Positions 47,001 through 57,054 of a stretch of DNA of 64,000 bases are shown piece by piece. The DNA lies in NCBI GenBank assembly GCA_004431415.1, contig QPMI01000511.1, positions 62,406 through 126,405 on the forward strand, in the 5' to 3' direction. The notes beneath the pieces were generated by a model, which worked only from the letters and a program-made list of their open reading frames with translations, was not told the DNA's origin and searched no databases. This DNA comes from Cyanophora paradoxa CCMP329 (taxonomy: Eukaryota; Plantae; Glaucophyta). Position 1 is the stretch's first letter. Every line of letters begins with the position of its first letter. The translations under genes and the position numbers were made by a program.

Positions 47001-50000
47001 TGCCCCCCGCCAGCCCCGCCGCCTCCGACGTCTCCTGGCGCCCGAGCGGCAACCCCTCGGCCTTCAGTCCCTTCCGCCCTCGCAGCCCTCGCAGCGCCCG
47101 CCGCCCTCCGTCCAGGGTACCCCCTCGCCCGCCCCATCCCCTCGCCGCCGCGGGGCACGCCCGTCGCCACGCCCGCCTCCTCCCTCGGCCACATGCCCCT
47201 CCGCCCCTCCGGCCCCCGCGCCGGCCGCCTCTCCCGCCGGGCCCAGCAGCGGCGCGAGCGCGAGCGGCAGCTGCTGCGCGATCAGCGGGCGGAGGCGGAG
47301 GCGGACCACGACGACGGCCAGGCGTCGGAGAGCGACGGCGAGCCGCCGCGCGCCACCAGGCTGGAGCTGGCGCGGGCGGAGCTGGCGGCGCAGCCGCGCG
47401 AGGCGCCCGAGATCGACATGTCCAAGTACGACGACGTGACAACGTACAGCAAGGACAACAAGTCCAAGAAGGAGGCGGCCATTCAGGATGCGCTCCGCCT
47501 CTTCGTCAAGAACAACGTGCGCCCCGCCCCCTTAGCTGCGCGCCCCGCCCCTTAGAGGCCGGAGGCGGCCGTGGCCCAGCTGCTTAAGGCGCTGGGCCCG
47601 AGCCGCCTTCGGCCGGTGCGCCCCCCTCCCGCGTTCGAACCCCGCTAACCCCCTTTTGCCGGCGCAGCGGATCGTGCGCCAGAGACCCTACGGCCCGAAC
47701 TCCCCGCCCACCTTCTACGTCGAGCTCCCGAACCTCTTCGTGTACGACAAGGTCAGCGCGAACAGGCACGCCGGGCGCGGGACGATGAAGGAGGTCATCC
47801 AGCTGCTGGCGATGACCTTCCACAAGACCTACGAGTCCAACCCGGCTCCTTCGAGTTCACCTTCTCGAAGGAGGTGCTCTCGGGGCGGACGCGCACGTTC
47901 GTGGAGGAGTCCCTCCAGCTCGAGGACGTCTGCCCGAGATGCCCGTCATCCCCGGCTTCGCCTTCGCCTGCGACACGCGTGCGCCGCCCGTACCCCTGCG
48001 CCCCGCCCGTACCCCCGCCGACGCCCCTTGCGCAGATTTCGTGGTGCGGGCGCCGCAGGACAGCACGGGCAGCGCCTGCGTCCTCGTCATGACGCACGAG
48101 GAGGCACGGGAGCGGTACGCGGGCTACATGAACACCTGCTACATCCAGGGGCGCCTGCCCGCGGGCATCGAGGAGGCGACCGAGACCTGCGACTGGCCCA
48201 CCGTGTACGGCATGCTGCACCCCTTCATGCCCAACGTCGTCAAGCACCTGGCGGACAACGGCTACGTGACGGCCGACGAGTTCGGCTACGCGGCGGCCGT
48301 CCTCTACGCCTTCAACCTCGTCGGGCCGTGGAACTTCTGCGACAAGCCCGTCTTCGACCGGGAGCCGCGCGCGGAGATGGAGCCGCCGTCCGAGGGCGCC
48401 ATGCTGCAGTACTGCGGCATCATCAAGGGCCAGTCGGGCACGGGTGCGCCCCGCCCCCGCCATTCCCTCTTCCTTTTCCTGAGACCCCGCGTGCGCAGGC
48501 AAGTCGATGGTGACGCAGATCATGACGGAGTGCCTGCCGCCAAGCCGCGTCTGCGTCTACCGCCCCTCCAAGGGCTCGGCCTTCTCGGAGCACGGCGGCG
48601 AGGAGGCGATCTGCATGGTGATGGCGGAGGGCCTCGACCCGCGGGCCTGCTCGGAGGAGGAGCTCAAGATGCGCTCCGGCGACGCCTACTCCCGCAACTT
48701 CAAGAACGTCCGCGGCGACGATGTGCGCACCAAGGCGACGCGCAAGGTGCTTGTCATCGTCTGCAACAGCTTCCCGCAGGTGCGCCCGTTCCCTTCCCTC
48801 CTTCTCCCGGCGCCCTTTCTCACCTGCCCCGGCGCAGCTCGAGAACCGCATGCTCGAGTTCTTCGCCCGCGTCGTCCTCATCCCCCTCGACCACAAGCCG
48901 GCCAAGAAGCGCACCTACCTCCACTCCGACATCCGCGAGAACGAGCTGCCGGCGCTCATGGTCGCGGCCTTCACCTTCGCCTGGAAGATCATCCACGCGC
49001 TCTCCGACGGCAAGGCCTCCTGCATCCAGGCCTTCGAGCCGGCGTGGCTGCGGGCGCAGCGCCTCGGCTTCTGGCAGGAGACGACCAAGTGCCCCCTCAC
49101 CCGCTTCATCGTCACCCACTGCGCCGTCGACCCCACCACCTACGTCGCCGCCCCGAACACGGAGGGCTGGATGACGAGCGTCGCGGGCATCGTCGAGTAC
49201 ATCGCGCGCACGGAGGGCCCCGACACCTCCGCCGCCGTCGGCGCCGACATCGAGAACGGCCGGCTGGACGAGACCCTCGCCGGCTTCGGCTCCTCGTGCC
49301 GCCTCTACTCCTACAAGCTCGGCGGCATCTGGCAGACCTACATCCGCGGCATCGTCCCCAAGGCCCCGCTCTCCCTCGGCGAGAGCCAGCCGGCGCTGGA
49401 GGCGATCGCGATCCCCGTCGCCCAGTTCAAGGACCCGGTGGCCGACGTCGGGCCCTTCCTCGTCCAGCCCCACACCAAGGGCAAGGGCAAGCGCACCCGC
49501 AACTCGGCGCCGGCCTTCCTCCCGCCCCAGCCCCCCGCCACGGCCCCCCAGCAGCGCCCCGGCCAGCAGCGCATCGACGAGATGCTGCCGCGCCAGGTCC
49601 GGCCCCGCGTACCCCCCGCCTTCCCTCCCGTACCCCCCCTCCCCCCGCCCCCCTCCTGATCCAAGGGCAGGGTACCCCGACGAACGGCGGCGCGGGCCCG
49701 AGCGGCTACGGGAGCTCGGCCTCCTCCGCGAGCGCCGACGGCCCCAGCCCCGTCCCCGGCCCCAGCGCCGTCCTCTCCGCGATCCAGGGCTTCGGGGCCC
49801 AGCAGGAGGCGGAGCGGCAGGCGCTGGCGGCGCGCCAGGCGCGCGAGGCGGAGGAGCGGCGCCAGGGCCTCTGGGCCCGGCGCATGCAGGAGACCGCCGC
49901 CTTCCGCGCCGAGCTGGAGGCGGGCTTCCGCGCGAAGCGGATGAGCGCGGCGGAGGCCGTGGAGAGCTGGCGGGCGTTCGAGGACGGGACCGTGGAGCTG

Positions 50001-50162
50001 GCGAAGGGCCTCGGCTACAGCTACCGACGGGCGCCGGTGCCCACCTCGTACGCAAGGCGGGCGGCGCGGGAGGCCTCGCGGGCGGAGATCGACGCGGCGG
50101 AGGAGCAGGCGGCGCGCGAGGAGGCCGAGGACAACGCGCGCTTCCGGCACCTGCACCACTGA
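44017..50162 (+). CDS. Large intron-containing viral replication protein: unknown N-domain, acidic/Pro linker, D5-like SF3 helicase; interrupted by an insertion
   Basis: Walker A IIKGQSGTG|KS is restored by intron 48444-48498. Walker B-like CMVMAE, motif C VIVCNSFP, Arg-finger FFARVVLI. Other introns: 44692-44751, 45013-45085, 47517-47667, 48780-48837, 49597-49670. Confidence 0.8.
45150..46070. mobile_element. 921-bp non-coding insertion (non-autonomous retroposon-like) with a 14-bp target-site duplication
   Basis: CGGCGCCGTGAAGT at 45136-45149 and 46071-46084. Removing the insert and one copy restores ...PMIHGAVK|YVVPRRTL... Confidence 0.85.
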
Positions 50163-50211
50163 GGCCCCGAGGCGGTATTTTTTCTCAACCCTCCCTCAAT
50201 TCGGTCCCGCG

Positions 50212-50400
50212 ATGGCCTTCGAAGCTTATCCCGCCCACTACTCGCTAGGAGCGCTGGCTGCGACCCTCACCTGGCTCCTCGGCGGCACCCCCACGGCCTC
50301 GGCGGTCATCGGCGTGGGCTTCGGCTATGCCGCCAAGTCCCTCTACGCCCCCGGCTCCGCCTCGCAGGCCGCGGCCGGCATGCGCCCCGCCGGGCGCTAA
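50212..50400 (+). CDS. Small hydrophobic viral protein
   Basis: 62 aa, two hydrophobic segments, upstream TTTTCTCAAC motif. Confidence 0.55.
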   Translation: MAFEAYPAHYSLGALAATLTWLLGGTPTASAVIGVGFGYAAKSLYAPGSASQAAAGMRPAGR

Positions 50401-50511
50401 CTCTCCCTTTTCAAAGTTTTCCCAAGTTCATTCTCCCCTCCCCCTTTTCCGAGTTCCGAGTCCGTTGGCGTTCCCTTTTAAATTTTCTTCATTCTCGTTA
50501 CACGTTCGAAG

Positions 50512-50990
50512 ATGTCGAGCGCGGTAGAGAAGCTGCTGTGCACCGTGTTCAAATCGGATTCGCGATGCAGCAAGATTGGCGAGGCGGCGAGGGCTAAGGG
50601 CGGGGCGGCGGCGGAGGGGCCCAGGGTGAAGGCGGCGGATCCCGCGCCGCCGTCGCTGAAAACGATCAAGGGGGCGGGCAAGGGCAGGAGCGTGGGGGCG
50701 CTGCCCCTCGTGGCGATCGCGCCGGGGCAGAGGGAGGCGGCGCACGCGGCGACGGCGGCGCTGGCCGCGCGGCGCCAGGCGGAGGCCTACCCGTGCCTGG
50801 GCCAGGGGCTGCACCCGCCGGCCGGCCGCCCTACGCCGTGAGCGCCTACTTCGACGAGGCCAACCGGCTGAGCTGCCAGGAGCTGTGCGACAACCGCATG
50901 CGGCGCGCCGTGGACGGGCACCTGCCGCTGCTGGTGGCGCTGGGCGGCTCGCTCCTGATGGTCTGGTACCTGCGCGGCCTGGTCATTTAG
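50512..50990 (+). CDS. Viral hypothetical protein with a C-terminal TM (frameshifted)
   Basis: ORFs 50512-50841 and 50793-50990 chain; ends LPLLVALGGSLLMVWYLRGLVI. Confidence 0.5.
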
Positions 50991-51027
50991 ATAGTTTTTC
51001 GAAACCCCGGTTGGAAGCTAGCCAAGG

Positions 51028-51353
51028 ATGAGCTGGCTCGATGCGCTGCTCACGAAGACCTTCGGCCCAAGGGCCAGCCGCGCCTGCAGTTCGGCGAGAT
51101 CAACGCGGCGATCGGCGCCACGGTGGAGACGAAGAACCGAGAGAACGTCCTGCGCGGCGACGGAGGCGCGTGGGCCGACATTGCGGCGGGCGCCCTGGGC
51201 TCCGCGCTCACCGCACCGGGCAAGGCGGGCCGCGCGCTGACGGACGGGGCCGAGCGCTTCTGGCACTGGCTCAAGGTGGCCGTTGTCATCGCCGCAGCGG
51301 TTGTGGCGGGTCTCCTGGTGCTCGAGGCTCGCGCGCTATTTTCTAAACGCTAG
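51028..51353 (+). CDS. Small viral membrane protein (frameshift near 5' end)
   Basis: MSWLDALLTKTFG ... FWHWLKVAVVIAAAVVAGLLVL. Confidence 0.55.
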
Positions 51354-51369
51354 GTAAACTGAGCGAACC

Positions 51370-51747
51370 ATGCCCCGCGGCGGCTCTTCCCCCCGTGTTT
51401 CCTTCGCTGAGAACCCAGTGGCGAACGCAGCGGACGGTACCCCCCTGGAGCCCGGAGTGAAGCTGGAGCGTGCGAACGCAGTCTCCGTCAAGAAGGCCAA
51501 GCGCACGCTGGCGCTGGAAGTCCCGGTCGCGGAGGATACGGAGAAGGTTGCATTCAACAAGCGCAAGACGTACAAGGCGATACGCGAGGGACAGCTGCTG
51601 CCCACGGACTCGGTTCCCGGGCTGCCGGGCACCACGGCCGGCGAGCTCCTAGTGCGCAACCTGCGCCTGCAGTACGTCTCCCGCCTCCGCCGCTCCAAGG
51701 CCAAGAAGGCGCGCCTGGACCCGGGCGATAGCAGCTCTAGCTCGTAG
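51370..51747 (+). CDS. Basic viral hypothetical protein
   Basis: 125 aa, K/R-rich, upstream TTTTCTAAACGCTA. Confidence 0.6.
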   Translation: MPRGGSSPRVSFAENPVANAADGTPLEPGVKLERANAVSVKKAKRTLALEVPVAEDTEKVAFNKRKTYKAIREGQLLPTDSVPGLPGTTAGELLVRNLRLQYVSRLRRSKAKKARLDPGDSSSSS

Positions 51748-51774
51748 GGCTCTGTACTGTTGTATTCAATGCCT

Positions 51775-52058
51775 TTACCAGTTCCTGTTCCTATCCCAGA
51801 GCACGACTCGGGTGAAGGGCACGGTCATAGCGAACATGAACTCGGCGAACTTTGCAAAGTTCATCAGGGTTCCAGGCGGGGATCCTCCCAGTAGATCGCC
51901 TCGCGCAGCGCCTCGTAGACGCGCATGAGGGAGCGCTCGTTCTCCGTCGCGAAGGCGTCGCCGGGCTCGTCGGGGTCGGGATCCGTGAGCTCGGAGTACT
52001 CGTCCGAGCTGCCCGCGCTCTCGGCACCTGCGGCGGGGTCGGGCGAGGGGTCGGGCAT
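51775..52058 (-). CDS. Small acidic viral hypothetical protein (frameshifted)
   Basis: MPDPSP...EAIYWEDP joins TLMNFAKFAEFMF... Confidence 0.5.
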
Positions 52059-52106
52059 TCTTTGCTGGTAGAAGGGCTAGAAGAGGGACCAGAAAATCAC
52101 TAGCAA

Positions 52107-52448
52107 TCACGGGCGCCGGAACTCCATCGAGTCGCCGCGCCAGTACTTGTTGCCGGAGGCGAGCAGCTTCATCGGCTCGCCCGTCGAATCGTGCTTCCAG
52201 GCCTCGCCGTCCCAGAGGGCCGTGCCGCCGTCCTCTAGCTTGAGGCGGTGGCCCGGCTCGAGACGGTTGCCGTCGAGCATGCGGCCGGCCATGAGCGCCA
52301 GGTCCCACTCGGTGAGGTTGCGCTGCTCTGCGGGGGTGAGGCCGCGCTCGACGCGCTCGGGCTGGCGCGCCTCGCGCTCCATGCGGCTGAGGCCTACCAG
52401 GAAGAAGATGGGCAGGGCAAAGGCCATGAGATCTAGCAGGGCCTCCAT
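52107..52448 (-). CDS. Viral hypothetical protein with an N-terminal hydrophobic segment
   Basis: MEALLDLMAFALPIFFLVGL...; upstream TTTTCTAAG. Confidence 0.6.
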   Translation of the reverse strand: MEALLDLMAFALPIFFLVGLSRMEREARQPERVERGLTPAEQRNLTEWDLALMAGRMLDGNRLEPGHRLKLEDGGTALWDGEAWKHDSTGEPMKLLASGNKYWRGDSMEFRRP

Positions 52449-52458
52449 TGGGAAAGAC

Positions 52459-52752
52459 TTAGAAAAGGTTCCGGACCAGGCCCGAGAGCTGCGGGCCCAG
52501 GCGCCGGGCGGCGTAGTAGAGCGCGGCCGCCGCCGCCGCAAGGATGAGCAGGCGCGGCGGGCCGCGCGCCGGCTCCTCCAGCGTCAGGTCCACGGTCTCC
52601 GGCCCGCGCGCCGGAGCCGCCAGGATCTCGGGCTCGGAGCAGAGGGACTTGGGCCCGCGGCGGCGGCGCTGCTTGGGCGCCGAGGCGGCGGCGGCGGCGG
52701 TGAGAAGGTCCTCAGGCTCCTGCTTGATACCTGCGCAGTCAGTAAAGTCCAT
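52459..52752 (-). CDS. Small viral protein with a C-terminal TM
   Basis: MDFTDCAGIKQEPED...LLILAAAAAALYYAARR. Confidence 0.55.
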   Translation of the reverse strand: MDFTDCAGIKQEPEDLLTAAAAASAPKQRRRRGPKSLCSEPEILAAPARGPETVDLTLEEPARGPPRLLILAAAAAALYYAARRLGPQLSGLVRNLF

Positions 52753-52804
52753 GCTTGCTGGGTACCTTGGAAAATTGTGGGAGGCGTCAGGCGGCTGCGA
52801 ACGA

Positions 52805-54340
52805 AGGAGGGGGGAGAAGTGACGCGGACGCAAAAGATTCCGTCATGGGTTTTTCCGTCATGGGCTGGAACTTGGACTCGGGACTCGGCCGGGAATTCTC
52901 CTGGTAAGTTCGAGACTTGAACTCGGCGGGGTAACCCCTATGTCCTAGTGTCCTAGTGTCCCAGAGTCCTAGTGTCCTAGTGTCCTAGTGTCCTAGAGTC
53001 CTAGTAGTACTAAGTAGGTGGTATCGATATCTAGCTAGCTAGCGCTAGCGCTTGCTTAATTAATTAACTGAAAGGTTGCGGAGGTTGCGGACGCGTCACA
53101 ATTCCGTCATGGGTTTTCCGTCATGGGCTGGAACTTGGACTCGGGACTCGGCCGGGAATTCTCCTGGTAAGTTCGAGACTTGAACAAGAACGACGTACCC
53201 CTCCTATGACCGTTCTATACTACATTAAAGTATTCATTGATTGTGAATAACGATAATGTCATAGCAACTTCAGTATGATGTCATAGCAACTTGAAATTAC
53301 CTTCAAGTCGAATAGAGGGGTACAGAGTCGGTACGTTAGACTTGACAAAACACGTGTATTTTTTTACGCCGAGTTTTGCGGCCGAGTCCCGAGTCCAAGT
53401 TCCAGCCATGACGGAAAACCCATGACGGAATTGTGACGCGTCCGCAACCTCCGCAACCTTTCAGGTAAATGTCAGGTAACTTCAGGTTAATTAATTAAGC
53501 AAGCGCTAGCAAGCACTAGCTAGATATCACAGCTCTACCTTGCCCAAGTTGATGGTATCTAGCAAGGCCTGCTCCTCCAAGTCTGCACCACCGCCGCTCC
53601 AGCGCTAGCGCTAGCTCGATACCGCCTCCGGCTTGATCTCCCTTGGCTCCAGCCACCTGAGAGGCTCAGGCCACCTCCTCTGGTGAAGCCGGTATCGTTG
53701 CTCTTGTCCAGCTTGAGGTAGCGGTAGGGCGCCGGCGCCGGCCAGTCCGGCCTGTGGCCGCTTGCCTCCTTGGCTATGTCCTTGGGCCTACGCGGACGCA
53801 GGTCGGCCTTGGCCTTCGCCCTCTGCAGGGGGCCCAGCGCCTTGAACTTCGGTGCCTTGGTCGCCGGCAGGGCCTTGGGCTGGGGCTTCTGGGGCTTCTG
53901 CGTCTTCACCGCCTTGGGCTTCGGCATCCTTGGCTGCTTCGATTTCGGCATACTTCTTGCTCATAAATGAGAAAAGCGCCTCAAAGTCTGCCTTTATCTC
54001 CTCCTTGGACCAGGATGTCACCTGATCCGGGTCACCTGAGAACGGCGCATCGAACGCCACGTGGAGCGATTTGCAGGCCTGGGCAATCATTGGCTCGGGC
54101 CATGCCAGCTCGATCAGCTGAAGGTAGATGTTGAGGGCCTTGTCGAGCTTGGCGCCCTGGGAGACCAGCTGGGAGATGGCGGGCTCCATGGTGGGTAGAC
54201 TAGCATCAGAAATGGCGCCAAGTTCGAATCTATTTTTTTACCGGGAGAGTTTGGCCCGAGTCCCAGGTCCAAGTTCCAGCCCATGACGGAAAAACCCATG
54301 ACGGAATCTTTCGCGTCCGCGTCACTTCTCCCCCCCTCCT
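52805..54340. repeat. Nested inverted/direct repeat hub with TTCCGTCATGG iterons
   Basis: Outer IR 52805-52889 / ~54253-54340. Inner IR 53026-53154 / 53379-53528. Direct repeat 52837-52922 / 53101-53185. (GTCCTAGT)n at 52941-53005. Confidence 0.92.
53559..54189 (-). CDS. Viral hypothetical protein inside the repeat hub; C-terminus acidic (stop 53788) or K-rich (stop 53559) depending on frame
   Basis: Overlapping ORFs 53788-54189 and 53559-53951. Confidence 0.5.
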
Positions 54341-54445
54341 CAGGTGAGCGCTCACCTGAACCTCACCTGAACGGCCTCTATAAGCACGCGGCACGCGGCG
54401 TTCCCCTCACACTCTCAATCTCTCTCAACGCAACCAGCAAGCAAC

Positions 54446-54915
54446 ATGGCCCTTGTTGCCCAGTTCTTCGTCGAGGAATACACCGTGCGCGTGATCGGCG
54501 AGCCCATTGACCGCGAGGTGGAAGTTCTCAAGGACGGCAAAGTAGACGACTGCAAGACTGCCCGGTAAGATCCTCCTCATGAAGCTCTCCGACGATGGCT
54601 TCTCCTTCACCCTGGTCTCCTGCGCCAAGACCCAAACCGGACAGACGGCCTACATCGTGACCTTCTCCGCGGGGCGCCTGAACTGCACGCATGTTCAAGT
54701 ACCCGAGTGGGCCTCGTTCTGCGCGGCGATCTCTCCCTCAGGCCGCTCCCTCGCCTACACATTCTTTGAGGGTATCAGTGCAACATCTGGGTCTTGCGGA
54801 GGCAGATGGGCTCCCCCAGATGAAGGTCGATCAGCTGCACCAGCAGTGCGGCTACCCCTTTAGCCTTGACGATAGGATGATTTCCTTTGATCTTGATGGC
54901 TCTGTATCCCTCTGA
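54446..54915 (+). CDS. Viral hypothetical protein (frameshifted)
   Basis: MALVAQFFVEEYTVRVIG... chains to ...LMKLSDDGFSFTLVS... and ...ISFDLDGSVSL*. Confidence 0.5.
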
Positions 54916-55023
54916 AATTGAACGCGTGTTTTCTGACTTCGTCTGAAGCTCACCTGACGCGGGGCCTTAAGAGGGGGCACGGGGCCTCGGTTCCTCACAC
55001 TTTAACCGTAAGCCAACGAGAGA

Positions 55024-55395
55024 ATGTGCGCCCCCAAGTACTTCACCTGCTGCCTGACCTTCGGCATCTTCGAGTACGAGGCCATGGAAGAGGATCTGGA
55101 CGAGAACGGCGAGATCTGCTTCAACTACTGCAGGCTGCTGCGCAACATCTCGCTGGAGTGCCGCAAGGGCGACTGCTTCCAGCACATCATGCTCAATCCC
55201 GCCAAGAACGAGATCACCCTGTACGCCGTCGCCTGCCCCAGCGCCAGATTTAGACTCTCGAATATTCGCGTAGCCGCGATCGAAGCCCTTCCCCCCCCAG
55301 TGAGACGAATTGAACACGTGTTTTACCTGAATCACCTGAGCGCTCAGCTGAAGTCAGGTGGGGCGCCCTTTAAATATTTTCTAGCGCTAGGCTGA
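55024..55395 (+). CDS. Small Cys-rich viral hypothetical protein
   Basis: MCAPKYFTCCLTFG..., GC3-rich codons in the first ~80 aa; 3' end uncertain. Confidence 0.55.
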   Translation: MCAPKYFTCCLTFGIFEYEAMEEDLDENGEICFNYCRLLRNISLECRKGDCFQHIMLNPAKNEITLYAVACPSARFRLSNIRVAAIEALPPPVRRIEHVFYLNHLSAQLKSGGAPFKYFLALG

Positions 55396-55417
55396 TCGCA
55401 CACTAAGCTCAGACAAC

Positions 55418-56213
55418 ATGGCCACCGTCCGCAACGCCAACGAGATCGACCCGCCAAGCTCGCCTTCGAGATCGACGCCACCGCCGCATCAAGGCCAAGT
55501 ACGACGGCCTGCAGGGCCTCATGATGTACGCGCCGCCCATGGTCACCATCAACCCTGCATCAACACAGAGCAAGGCAAGGCGTGGAGCGACGAGAAGAAG
55601 GCCTTCGTCATGGAAGAAAACGGCGGATTCTACACGCTGGACCTCACCGATCTCAGCGCCGTCGACGGCCAGACGAACCCGCCGCGGACGAGTTCCTCAA
55701 GCTGCTCGAGGCCCTGGACGCGAAATTCTGCGAGTTCGTGCAGCAGAACCAGGCCAAGCTCAAGGTCTCGCCCGGCCGCTCCCTCTCCAAGGACCAGATC
55801 TCGGTGCTGCAGACCCCCAGCGTGCGCATCAAGGTCGACAAGGAGTCGGGCCAGGCCTTCTACAAGTACCTCAACATGCGCATCCGCACCCAGACGATGG
55901 CGGGCAAGCGCAAGACCATCCCCGTCGTCGACATGTCCAACTACCTCATCACCGAGCGCGCCACCATCGCACCGGCGACCTGGTGGCCGCCCTCGTCAAA
56001 ATCGACACCGCCTACGCCATCCCCGAGGGCAAGTTCGGCCTCAAGTGGTCCTTCCTCGCCGTGCAGCAGTGCAAGGTCGGCGCCTTTCGCTTCGCAGGCC
56101 GCACGCCCGAGCTGGCCTTCAGGCCCTACGACAACGAGGCCAGCTTCGAGCCCTACCTAAACCCGAGTCTATGTACACAGCCCCATGCAGTAGCTCGGAC
56201 GAATAAATTGTGA
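55418..56213 (+). CDS. gp2.5-like OB-fold single-stranded DNA-binding protein (NCLDV/mriyavirus type), frameshifted
   Basis: FYTLDL, DEFLKLLEALDAKFCEFV, YLNMRIR, GDLVAALVKIDTAY..GKFGLKWSFLAVQ. Confidence 0.7.
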
Positions 56214-56246
56214 ATTTTTGGTGCAATTGATTACACGCGTTTACAC

Positions 56247-57038
56247 TCAAAGGCCGTTGAACTTGCCGCCCACCGCCTTGGGCTCCGCCGCCGTCGAGGC
56301 CGCCGCCTCCGTCACCTCCTTCATTACCTCCGGGTTCGCGTTCGCCGCGTGCACCGCCAGCACCGTCTGCACAAGGGCCATCCCCAGGCGCGCCTCGGGC
56401 CCCAGGGTCACGTAGCGCGAGTACTTGATCACCAGCTCCTCCAAAATCGGCTGCACCTGGTCCATCGAAGAGAGCGTCGCCTGCCCGAGCCCGTCGAGCT
56501 TCAGGCCGATCGGATCGTACGCCTTGTTCAGGTGCTCCAGCGAGTGCATGCCCGCGATCAGAAAGAGGCGCGCCGCCTCCAGCGAACCCCGCGTGCTCAG
56601 CTCGCGCTGAATCTCCTCGTACTCTTCCTTCAGCTCGTCCAGCGGCGTCGCCAGGCTCAGCTTCTTCGTGGACGTAAGCTCGCCCCGAACGAGCGCCGGT
56701 ACTGCGCGATCTGCCGCAGAACCTGCTTCTTCTCGTCCACGTCACCTGCGCCTCGTCCGCGGCCGCTCCTGCAGGTCGATTCCAGCGCCTTTTTCACGCT
56801 CTGCTCCTTTTTCTTCGTCATTTCGATGTGCTCCTGCACGCTGAAGCTCGCGCCCTTGCTCGGCGCCGTCGGCGGCACGCGGGCCCGTCGCCCGGCAGCG
56901 CCATCCTGTCGCCTTCGGCGCCTTCTCCCCTTTTCCTTGCCCTCCTTCGCGGGGCGGCCTTCTTCCGGGCTGCGGGATTCCACGGGGTTCGGCCCGTCCA
57001 CGGCCAGCGCCTCGAAGCCAAGCATCGCGAGGGTCCAT
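56247..57038 (-). CDS. DUF5767-like conserved NCLDV protein (frameshifted)
   Basis: LEHLNKAYDPIGLKLDGLG...ILEELVIKY...GPEARLGMAL...VHAAN resembles the family motif DPFxxKLDGW...EELYEKY...PExxL. Confidence 0.65.
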
Positions 57039-57054
57039 CCTTTACGCCTGCCCC

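Noticed and set aside
52805-54340. CRISPR-like array
   Set aside because: Repeats are long, in mixed orientation and irregularly spaced, with no cas genes.
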